A stretch of 64,000 bases of DNA from an uncultured Gammaproteobacteria bacterium. Lineage in GTDB: Bacteria; Pseudomonadota; Gammaproteobacteria; UBA9214. A program made the position numbers and the translations under genes. Position 1 is the first letter of the stretch, and each line of letters opens with the position of its first letter. This document shows positions 32,529 to 42,278 of the stretch, piece by piece. Below the pieces are notes generated by a model. It did no database searches and was not told where the DNA came from. It saw nothing but the letters and a program-made list of their open reading frames with translations. Location of the stretch: assembly GCA_963773065.1 (NCBI GenBank), contig CAVYZN010000009.1, positions 64,001 to 128,000 on the forward strand, written 5' to 3'.

Positions 32529-32859
32529 CTCTAGTGTATCGCAAGACTTGCATCGAGACTTGGATCCATCGAGTAAAGTTTGTACTGTCGTGTCCGATCA
32601 GACGAGCCGCAGTAAGCATGAAATCATGATCACATCGGTCATGCATCATTTACGGTTGTACGCATACACGCAACCGCCATGCAAGAATTGTGATCCAGTT
32701 CTTGAAGTTGATGGTTATGATGACGATACTTGTCAACACTCAATGCGTGAAATATTATCGAGTCATCCTGATGATGAGGTGTAGGAATGTCTAACACACA
32801 ATTCCCGGTACACTACCGAGTCAGTACATCTACTAATCCTTGCATCATCCTCTTGGCGA

Positions 32860-33895
32860 TTGCGTGATATCTTACTAAGGATGTCACTGGCAATATTCGC
32901 ATTGTTGTTTTTCTCTACTGTTGCGGATGCCAGGCCCGCTCAATATGTACGCCCATATGGTCCCGATGCGCCCTGGAACGTCCTGGTCAAGAACCTGCCG
33001 AGGCACCCACAATCGGCAACTTATGCATCACGCCTATGGTCTGGTGTCGGTGGACAATTTCGATCAGCCGTTCAATGATTACACCTATCCCGTCTATTAC
33101 GCTGATGCGACAGGTAACTACACGGTGAATGGTGGTAATGGCACCATCAATGGTAAGCAGATGCCATGGAATCCGAACATGGTCGGCGGCTGGTGGTTCC
33201 GATGCACAAGTCATCGTGCTGGATCCGGCTACCGGGCGGGAGTGGAACTTGTGGCAGGTCAGTGTTTCGCGGAGCACGATCAATGTTCACAAATGGCAGC
33301 CTTGTTGGCCAGCGGAGACACCGTCCAGTAACAGGCACCGGAAACTACCGCACGAAAGAAAATGGCTGGGCGGGATGCTCGCGGGGTCGGCATTCAGTAT
33401 CTAGCCATGCTGGTGCGACCCGAGGAAATCACGCAGGGTGAAATCCAACATGCCCTGTCGATGCCGATCAGCAATCCAAGCAAGGAGCACTTACGTCGCC
33501 CCGGCCACCAAGCTGGAGCATCTGGCACGGATTCAGGCAATGAAGTCCCGGAAGGCATGCGGTTCGCCATGGATATGACCGATGCTCAAATAAATCCTGG
33601 GTTGCTACCAAACCTGCGGCCTACCAGAAAACTGGCGCGTACCGTCGGCCGTGCACTGCGCGATTACGGTTGGTTTATTACAGATACTTCGGGAGCGGAT
33701 AGTTTCAGTTTGAATCTCAGGCATCGGCCGATGCATTGTGGAAGGCGCAGGGGATCGACCCGGCATCGTCTACAGCGCGAACTGCTGGATGGCCTGATAA
33801 CCCAGAGTCGCATTTATACCATCGTGCCAAGCGATCAGTATCCGAACCAGTCGCTCGCGCCACCCAATCCCCCAACTGGACTTATCGTTAATTAA
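32860..33895 (+). CDS. secreted protein of unknown function, several frameshifts, C-terminal APPNPPTGLIVN tag
   Basis: Signal peptide ...FSTVADA; pieces RPYGPDAPWN, YTYPVYY, SDAQVIVLDPATGREWNLWQ, LVRPEEITQGEIQHAL, ALRDYGWFITD in shifting frames. Confidence 0.6.
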
Positions 33896-34240
33896 AGGCG
33901 ATTGACAATTCTATTTGTAAGTGCTGCCGTGGTTGGTCGGCCAGAGGGCGCAGTAGGTGGCGCCCCCGCGCCGAAGAGAGACGGGATGGGATCTGAGCAC
34001 CTGTAGAGGCAGGCTGCGGCTGTGCCGCGGGATGAACTCGTCACCGGATTGTCAGCATCCCGAGTCTATTCCATCCCAAGTATTGCTGGTCCAAGTGCTG
34101 GATCAGGCCAGTCTGCAAACCTGCATTGCACTAATGCGCGTCAGAACAGAGGCGTGTTGGCCTGCGACATCCCGTAGAAAGGCATTCGCGTTAATAGCCG
34201 TTTACGTTCCAAACAGAATGCAACACTACAGTAGTGTTAG

Positions 34241-35373
34241 TTAGTTGTCGTCGAGATAGGCCGATATCATTATCTTTACGGCCTCTTGTGTGCTGAATCG
34301 TGCATGGACAAACGCCTGCGCCTGCTGTCCCATGTTAGCTGCCTCGACGGGATCGGCGATTAGACGGCGACAAGCACGCAGCAACTGTTCCAAATCGCCG
34401 GGTGGGTAGAGAATCGAGATATCCTCGCAGAATTTCCTGAAATCACTAACGATGTCTGTGGACACCACCGGTATTCCGGAGGCCAGCCCCTCAAGCACGG
34501 ACAAACCGAACCCTTCACTGACCCCTCTAGAGGTGAATAGAAATATGTCTGCTGCCATTAGTAGTAGGCGGACATCTTCGCAAATTCCCAGCATCCTGAA
34601 GCTGCCTTCTCCTAAATTGAGTTCCTTGGCCCGTGCTAGCATCCGCTCTTTCAAGGGCCCGTCACCCGCAACCAGCACCATAACGTTTCCTGGATTCTCG
34701 TTCAACGCAGCCGACAGATCGGGAAGTATCTCCGTTCCTTTGAATTTCCGTAAATGAGATGTACTCACCAATACACGTTTGGACGGAGGAATCCCGAGTC
34801 TCTCCCGCGCTTCCCGCCGTTGTCCTTCACTAAACCGATACCTCTCCGGCTCAACGCCCCTTTCATGTGTGCATATTTTACTCTCACCATGCGAACTCGA
34901 TATCAAACGGTTCTCAATCATATCAAACTGAGAACAATTTTCCGAGTCAAACGCTGCTAACGGTACTGCCAAGTGCGCAGCCAATACCTCGCATCGACGG
35001 AGTGTTATGTCGTGTCGGGAATCTCGCTTGACCTGCGATAACCTCGCGGCCACGAGCCCAGTATTGAGCGTCCGTGCATGGTGCACATGGAGATGGGTTG
35101 CCCCGACTTCTTTAAGAAGCGTTGTAACGCGGCGGACGAAGCCGGCGTCAAATGCATGTCGTACTGGTGAAGCACAACATGAAACTGGGCAGAAGAGTCT
35201 CGAATAAATTCAGTTGAAAGTGACTGATTCTGGAAAATGAAATGGCTGTCGGCGCCACGATCGCTCAAAGCGTGTGACAGTTGAACAAGATAGCGTTCGA
35301 AGCTGCCATATTGCCGGTTGGGCCATCCCATGAGTTGAACAATCGAAGGTTGTTTCTTAAGGTCTTCGTTCAT
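34241..35373 (-). CDS. glycosyltransferase family 4, frameshifted
   Basis: N-terminal YGSFERYLVQLS (35005..35409 frame); C-terminal ADIFLFTSRGVSEGFGLSVLEGLASGIPVV. Confidence 0.8.
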
Positions 35374-35492
35374 ACCGCCTCTCCTGTAACTGGTGAAAGC
35401 ACTTAGCAATTGAATTCTCGCAGGGGCTTAAGTAAATGTTCACCTTTGCTCAAGCTGCATGCAGGTAACCGGTAACCCACCGGCGTTCTTGT

Positions 35493-37089
35493 CTACGCCG
35501 CGGGTGTGCAAGGGCGAGCGCAGCGGATTGGTGGCGAAGAGCTGCTTCCAGAGTCGCGGCGTGAGTTCGTGAACACGGTTGGCCGGATGCTGACCGACGC
35601 GCTGCAAAACGTCGACGAGGTAGTCGTAAGGATCGATCTGGTGCAGCCGGCAGGTCACGATCAGGCTCTGCATGATGCCGACGTGTTTGGCCCCGAGTTC
35701 GGTCCAGCAGAACAGCCAGTTTTTGCGCCCATGGGGATCGCCCGCAGCGCGCGTTCCAGATGGTTGGTATCGATCGGCACATCCGGATCGTTCAGGTAAA
35801 CCTCCAGCCCCAATCGTCGCTCGCGGGCATAGGCCAAGGCTTTGGTCAGCGGATTGCTCGGCAGCAGGCCCTGCGCCTCGAACTGCTGGTTGACCCAGGC
35901 GAAGAACTGCTCGACGATCGGCTTGGCGTGCAGCAAGCGATAGTCGAGCTTCCTGGCGGCCGCCGAGCTTTGAGCTGCGGATGCGCTCTTCCACCGCATA
36001 GAGGCCCGCCGATCAGCTCCAGCCCCCTTGCCGCCGCCTGCGGTTCGGCGCCTTGCGCCTCGAAGAGCATCCGCCGCGTATGCGCCCAGCATTGGGCGTG
36101 GGTGAGCCCGGTCTTCTGCGCGTATTGGGCGTAGGCGCTGTAGCCGTCCGAGAGCAGGACGGCGCCCTCGGCGTGCGTCAGGCCGAGGGCCTGCTCGACG
36201 TGTTCGGCCCGCCGACTATGCGAAGAACGGGAAGCACACTTCGTCGAGTTCGCCATAGACCGGCCAGAAGTAGGCCGCCTTCAGTTTGCCCGGCTCGCCG
36301 CGCCCGGCCTTGATCGGCGTCTCGTCCATCGCCTTGACGCGGGAGGCCCGGATCGAGTCGAACTGTGCCTCGTAGATCGGCTCGAGCAGCGCGATCCCCT
36401 GCTGCCCAATCTGGGTCAGCCACGGCCGGCTGACCGTGATGCCGCTATCGCCGAGGCGCTGGTGCTGGCGATAGAACGGCAGGTGATAGGCGAACTTGTC
36501 AATCAAGCAGCCCGGCGATGAAACTCACGTCGGCGCGGCTGCCGTCGATCACCCCGGCCGGCGCGCTCGGGCAGACGATGATCTGCGTCGCCTTGAGCTT
36601 GATCACCGGCCGCCGGTAATTGAGCACGACGTAGCTGCCCGGACGCTGGGCGAGCCGGTAGCTCTCCTTGTGGCCGATGACCTCGAAGTCTTCCGGCGCG
36701 AGCCCCTCGGCTTCCGGCGCGGCCAGATCGATGACTTCGACCGGCACCCGCGCTCTCGTCGAAGAAGGGCACGCTGTCATCGCCCGTGTCGGGCTGCTTC
36801 GCCGCCAGCTCGCCGCGTATGCGCGGCGACGGGACGCTCACCCGGGGCCGGCGCTGTGGCGCTCTGCTCCCGATGGATTGCTTCACCCAGGCTCAGCTGG
36901 CCATCGGCACCGTCGATGATCCGCCGCTCGCTCTTCTGGCCGAAGAGCTGGCGCTTGAACCAGTCGAGTTGATGCTTGAGGGTCTCGACTTCCTGGCTCA
37001 GCGAGGACATCAGATCGACGACCTGCTGCGGGCTCAAGGCGGCCGCTTCATCGAGGCTGAGACACGCGCGTCGCGGTCGTCGAATTCAT
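35493..37089 (-). pseudogene. tnpC: IS66 transposase TnpC, multiple frameshifts; 3' end approximate
   Basis: LFGQKSER, KFAYHLPFYRQ, MDETP, SDGYSAY, CWAHTRR, IDTNHLERALR, GRKNWLF. Confidence 0.85.
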
Positions 37090-37099
37090 GCAGCGATTA

Positions 37100-37461
37100 T
37101 ACCGAAGGCATCGCTGCCACGGGGGTGTCTGTAGCGCTTTCTGACGCACTTTCGCTTCGATGCCTTCGAGCAGCAGCTTCAGCCCCGTCCAGTCCATCTC
37201 CCGCGTCGTAACCTCACGCCAGTCGGACAGGAATCTTCCCTGCTTCGAGCCGCTTGCGCCCACAGGCAAAAACCGGTGCGGTCCCAGTAGAGCACCTTCA
37301 TCTGCGTCGCGCGGCGGTTGATGAACACGAACAGTCGGCCACTCGAGCGGATCCTGCCCCAGTTCCTGGCGCGTCAGGGCGTACAGCCCATCGTACGATT
37401 TCCGCATGTCGACGGGCCGACCATACACATGCACCCGCACCTGGCCTTCGGGGAAGAACAT
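37100..37461 (-). pseudogene. tnpB: IS66 accessory protein TnpB, frameshifted; 3' end approximate
   Basis: MFFPEGQVRVHVYGRPVDMRKSYDGL...LKLLLEGI. Confidence 0.85.
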
Positions 37462-37773
37462 CAGCTGCGCACCAGATGCAGAATCAGACCGTCGCCGAGA
37501 TCGAGCTTGAGATCGAGCCATGGCCTGGGTGACGATGCGGAATTCAGCGTGCCAAGATCGACGAACGCGGGCGTCGCTTGGTGGGGGATCGCCTCCATCT
37601 ACAGAGCGCCCGTCGCTCAGCAGGCTACGCCAGCGGTAGAAGCTCGCCGCACTGATCGCTTCGCGCCGGCAAAAGGCTTCGACGCCCATGCCGCTGCAGC
37701 TAAATCGCGCCAAGAGTGATCGCCACTCGCTCTGGCTGCGCCGTGACCACTTACCCTTCTTCCGCCCTGCCAT
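37461..37773 (-). pseudogene. tnpA: IS66 TnpA, frameshifted
   Basis: SGMGVEAFCRREAISAASFYRWR; TGATG junction with tnpB. Confidence 0.8.
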
Positions 37774-38087
37774 CGCTTCCGCTCCCGTAGGTGATTCGTC
37801 TCGGAAGCCATTCTCGTCATCGCGTGCGCGAAGGGAAGAACGCCATGGGGTTACCGGTTACGCTACAACAACAGCTACCCCTTTCGCTCCAGAACGGCAC
37901 CCCGGCACGCGAGCCCTATGCCAACATCCGAGATCCAGGTAAGAAATGCGGGCGAGCGCAGGGTGGCGGATCATTGGATATCGCGCGAGGGCATGCGCTC
38001 TTCTTGCGACACGTTTGCCCGTCATGCAGTACGCATCCAGACAACGAGGAGGTTAGCTGTTAGCCAAACTCTCTCAAGTTGCTTCCT

Positions 38088-38900
38088 TTAATGATTCACA
38101 ACTGAATGCGTGGCACGAAGTTTCTTCATCCAGATTACCGCGTAGTTGGCGTACGGTCGCAGGAAAGTGAATTTGTCGAGCAGTACGCGATCGGCTTGAT
38201 GTAATCGCGGGAATTGCCAGCGCCAACCGAGTATCCTTTCCAGCATGCCCAAGAGGTGCATCTCCTGCCAGTGGCACTCATCGAACAACAGACACCAAGC
38301 CTGAATGTCGTCGTAGGTTAATGGGTGATCAGTGCCCCGTGGGGACTTCCTAGAGTATGGCACGTGGTCACGTATGAAGCGTATCAGCGGATTGTTGGCC
38401 AATGGCTCGCTGAACACGGCGACACCACCGATCTTGAGGACCCGGTGCAATTCCATCGATGCCAGCTCTACGTCTAGATGATGGAGTATCGCGAGCCCGA
38501 AACCGATATCGAAAGTTTCATCTTCAAAGGGCAAATTCTCTGCGACTGCCACATGGAAATCGATATCATCTGCAACATTGTTGAGTTCTGCGCGTCTCCT
38601 GGCTATGTTTATGGTCCCCGGTGAAATATCGAAAGCCGAGACTGCTGCCCCACTCTTCGCAAGCAGTACCGATAACTCGCCAGTGCCGCAGCCCATCTCG
38701 ATTACTTTTTTTCCTTCTAGATTACCTAGGAGTTCACCGATTCCCAATAGGTAACTTTCCGTTTTGGTGTGCTCGATAAAATTGGCGTGAGGTGGAAGCA
38801 CAGCCGTATCATCAAGATGAATTTGGCTGGATTTAGCATCAAATTTAGTGCGTTCGATCTGGAACCGATCCTCAAGTTCCAATAGCTTTGGGTTTTTCAT
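38088..38900 (-). CDS. class I SAM-dependent methyltransferase
   Basis: KVIEMGCGTG, FDIS, AENLPFEDETFD, ILHHL, RVLKIGG. Confidence 0.9.
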   Translation of the reverse strand: MKNPKLLELEDRFQIERTKFDAKSSQIHLDDTAVLPPHANFIEHTKTESYLLGIGELLGNLEGKKVIEMGCGTGELSVLLAKSGAAVSAFDISPGTINIARRRAELNNVADDIDFHVAVAENLPFEDETFDIGFGLAILHHLDVELASMELHRVLKIGGVAVFSEPLANNPLIRFIRDHVPYSRKSPRGTDHPLTYDDIQAWCLLFDECHWQEMHLLGMLERILGWRWQFPRLHQADRVLLDKFTFLRPYANYAVIWMKKLRATHSVVNH

Positions 38901-39450
38901 GGTAGTCGACCCATTAAGTTGACGAGAAGGAATTTTACCTGAGGCTCCCATATCATAATGTTATGAGGACTAATTTGTACCACAATTTTGCTGTTTAGTC
39001 ACTTACGTCCTAATGGCAGGATAAAAATCGCCCTTCGCCGCCAGGCCGGGCGCCGGGACGGCGATACCGTCGACTTCCACAACGGCTCCCTAGCTCTGGC
39101 AGAGCTCGCCGAACTTATCTCAAGCTGCAACTCCTGACGCGTCGCTCTGCCTGAACTCTGCGCCCCACCGTCAATCGCACTATCCGGCGCAATACTCAAC
39201 GTCTGTGCGTCGTAAGAAATGGACCCCGATTTTTGGACAGCCGTTTAAGTGTATTCTGCCCACACATCATGCGGCCTGATCATGCTGCAGCAGGCCATAC
39301 TGAACAGTCTTCGTACACCTGATCCGGCGTGTGCTTATCTAGGCTCTGATGTCTGCATTCACGGTTGTAGAACCGGAAATAGTTTCCAATATCCGGACGT
39401 GCCTCAGCAACCGAGTCGTATGCCTTCACATACACCTCTTCATATTTTCA

Positions 39451-40476
39451 TTATGGCAGCAGATGATGTACCCGCAGTATAAACGGCAGGATGGCTAGAC
39501 CCGCACCGATGCCATAGCGACACAGTTCCAGTGGCGGAGTTGACATGGTGCTCGGTCCATCACGAGTAGTAACGGCTGCCTCTATGCCAGAGCTTTCCAG
39601 GAACCTTATGACTGCTTCGTTATAGTCACCGGGCTGTCCGTTCGGGTAAGCGAACAGCCTGCATGGCTTGCCGGTAAGCCGTTTTGTGTCTTCTATGCTT
39701 GATGCAATCTCCTGGCTGGCGCGAGCCTCATCAACACGTGAAAGTATGGTATGAGTGGCCGTATGCGCTCCGAATTCGATCAGGTTGGATGCGGACATCT
39801 CCGCAATGGACTGATTGCCAAGCATACGGAAGTGCGAATCCCTGTCCACCTCTGTAGGAGTGTGTATATCCAATTCCTCACGGATTTCAGCCAGTTTTTC
39901 CAAAAGTTCCTGATGCGGAAGATGCTTCAGGAGGGACTGTAGTCTGGCACTGGCCCTTGCCTTCGAGACGGTATTTGACAGGTCATAAACCTGTCCGCTC
40001 CACGAAAGCTTCTGGTGGATCGTTTCGGAGATTGCCTGGTTCAGCGTGCAAAACCAGACGGTATTTGCCGTGTTTATAAAGGCGGTGTTTAGGAAAACAG
40101 TGGCGGGCAGGCCAAAACGGGACAGGATTGGATAGGCCACATCGTAAACATTCTGGTAGCCATCATCAAAGGTTATGACGGCTGTCGGTTCATTAATACG
40201 ATTCTCCCGCAGGTCCTTCGCAGCCTGGGTAAGCGAAACGACCTTGAGATTTCGGTGCAGATATTCCATCTGACGGGAAAAGTTTTGTTCCGAGATAAAG
40301 CACCAATCGGGTACCGCAAGGGGTATTCTCACCACGCCATGGTACATCAGTATGGCGAGTTTCTTCCTGAAGAAGGTACGATGGAGAAGTCGCGGCTGAT
40401 TTAATATCGCAGGACTGATAAGTATCAGTTCCTCGATTGCGCGCCTGATCTGGTTCGGCAAGTCATGCACCAGCAA
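39451..40476 (-). CDS. polysaccharide deacetylase (NodB family)
   Basis: ILMYHGV, ITFDDGY, FGAHTATHTIL, FAYPNG. Confidence 0.92.
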   Translation of the reverse strand: MLVHDLPNQIRRAIEELILISPAILNQPRLLHRTFFRKKLAILMYHGVVRIPLAVPDWCFISEQNFSRQMEYLHRNLKVVSLTQAAKDLRENRINEPTAVITFDDGYQNVYDVAYPILSRFGLPATVFLNTAFINTANTVWFCTLNQAISETIHQKLSWSGQVYDLSNTVSKARASARLQSLLKHLPHQELLEKLAEIREELDIHTPTEVDRDSHFRMLGNQSIAEMSASNLIEFGAHTATHTILSRVDEARASQEIASSIEDTKRLTGKPCRLFAYPNGQPGDYNEAVIRFLESSGIEAAVTTRDGPSTMSTPPLELCRYGIGAGLAILPFILRVHHLLP

Positions 40477-40496
40477 TTAGGGTAATTCAGTCGTAG

Positions 40497-41660
40497 TTAC
40501 GCCGGATTGCCGCGATCCACCTTTTCCCATAGTGTCGTTTGCGTTCGCCTGATAAAACCCCAGAATCCCTCCATAGGGGTCAGGCTGGCGCGTACCACAT
40601 AATAGGCTAATGCAGGTATTTTCCATCGTTGCTGATAGCGCTCGCCGAGCCAGCCGATCATGGCTAGTGTATAAAAAAATGCCTGGCAGAATAGGACCCA
40701 TTTTAACAGCCCGGGCTCCTGAGCCAGAATTACATAACCTATGTTACCCATTAGCGCACCGAACATGAGAGCGGGAAGAAGGAGGCGTAAATACTTGTGG
40801 GAAATGAGTGAAAACATCGCAAATGGCTGGTTCCATGGCCACAGGCTGATTCGAAAAAACAACTGGAAACGCCCGGCATTGATTCGCCGCCGGCGTACCA
40901 CCTCATCACGCATGGATTGGGCGGAAGTTTCCCAGCAGACTGCCTCGGGCTCATAGATGACTCTGTAGCCATTGCGTAAGGCATGGAGGGCCAAGTAAGC
41001 GTCATCGTTGATGATTCCGGATGGTATCGGTGAAAAAACCTTTCTTCGAAACGCAATCATCTCTCCGACCACTGCCGTAGTTGTGCCCAGGCGCGATTCG
41101 CATGTTTTGATGAAGGATTCGTATTTCCAGTATTTATTCTCAGACTCTGTAACAGTTGCTGCAGTGGGCAGTATCGTTTTCTTACCGCTCACACACCCGA
41201 TGGATTGATCAGAAAAATTCCTGAGGAGTTTGCGTAGGACATTATTCCTGTAGAAGGCATTGGCATCGGAAAATATCAGTATCTCACCGGTTGCTTTGTC
41301 AGCCGCACGGTTAATGGCGGCGCTTTTGCCGCCTCTCTCGGGCTTGTGCAGGAGAATGACCCCCTGGTTCTGATAGCCGGCTACGATTTCTGCGGTCGCA
41401 TCACTTGATCCATCAGTAACAACAATGATTTCCAGCAAGTCTCGCGGATAGTCCAATGCCATGGTGTTATCGATCTTCTGGCTGATGACTGCCTCCTCAT
41501 TGTAGGCAGATACAATGAGACTGACCCGGGGCTGGATAGGCTCCCGATGATTTACATGCGGAATCAGCCGGCTCATTACGTAAACGATAAGTGGGTAACC
41601 AACGTAATGGTATGCCAGACCAATAATGCATATCCATGTCATGGAGGAAAAGAAGTCCAT
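40497..41660 (-). CDS. glycosyltransferase family 2 (membrane-bound)
   Basis: VSLIVSAYNEE, DGSSDAT, GGKSAAIN, FSDAN, INDD, RRRRINAG. Confidence 0.92.
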   Translation of the reverse strand: MDFFSSMTWICIIGLAYHYVGYPLIVYVMSRLIPHVNHREPIQPRVSLIVSAYNEEAVISQKIDNTMALDYPRDLLEIIVVTDGSSDATAEIVAGYQNQGVILLHKPERGGKSAAINRAADKATGEILIFSDANAFYRNNVLRKLLRNFSDQSIGCVSGKKTILPTAATVTESENKYWKYESFIKTCESRLGTTTAVVGEMIAFRRKVFSPIPSGIINDDAYLALHALRNGYRVIYEPEAVCWETSAQSMRDEVVRRRRINAGRFQLFFRISLWPWNQPFAMFSLISHKYLRLLLPALMFGALMGNIGYVILAQEPGLLKWVLFCQAFFYTLAMIGWLGERYQQRWKIPALAYYVVRASLTPMEGFWGFIRRTQTTLWEKVDRGNPA

Positions 41661-42278
41661 AAATCATTCCATCTCAATTTCGTAATGCGCCATTACGGCA
41701 GACCAAGTGTTATTGCAGTTTAATAATCACAGATAATCGTTTATGCAAATTGTAAATGCAACACTACTAACCGATATGAATGACAAGTTGCTGCAATTCC
41801 TGGCCTTCTGCTGCGGAGTGCAGGGGAAGCGGGAATATAAGTTTCATACACTGCTTATCCAATAACAGCGTTATCTCGATCGTCCTGACGAAAGCAGACG
41901 GTTGCACCTGGTTTCTGTAATCCAATCCCGTCGTGATCAGTTCCAACCTGGAAAGTGGTATTCAGGCGTACTGATCTCAAAATTGTCCGCCTATTCTTCG
42001 CGGGAGAATATTTGGACGCCATGCACAGGCAACATACATGATGTGTTTCCAGTGACGACCTGAATCTCAATATCAAGATTATGACTGGGTAAGCCGATAC
42101 CCGATTACCCGGGCTATTCAAGATCCATCGTTCTGTCTGAAAGCAGTATCTTCCGTGCCGGCTCTTAGCCTGTTGTTTGTGACGCATCACTCACTCCTAG
42201 TGTGACCCTTGTTATTCAGCCACTGCCGATCAGGCCGATGAATCTACACATTCAAATGCAGAGTTTTGGGTCACTAGT

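Larger units (their letters stand above)
35465..37861 (-). mobile_element. IS66-family insertion sequence (tnpA, tnpB, tnpC)
   Basis: 26-bp terminal IRs: GTAACCGGTAACCCACCGGCGTTCTT versus revcomp GTAACCGGTAACCCCATGGCGTTCTT; IS66 ORF motifs inside; about 2.4 kb. Confidence 0.93.

Noticed and set aside
39216-39250. GGACCCCGATTTTTGGACAG resembling an IS3-family terminal repeat
   Set aside because: No partner end or transposase nearby; resemblance is from memory only
41661-42278. sigma54 promoter or GlrR box upstream of surface protein A
   Set aside because: No convincing -24/-12 motif or TGTC-N10-GACA found by eye, so A is not claimed as a direct GlrR target
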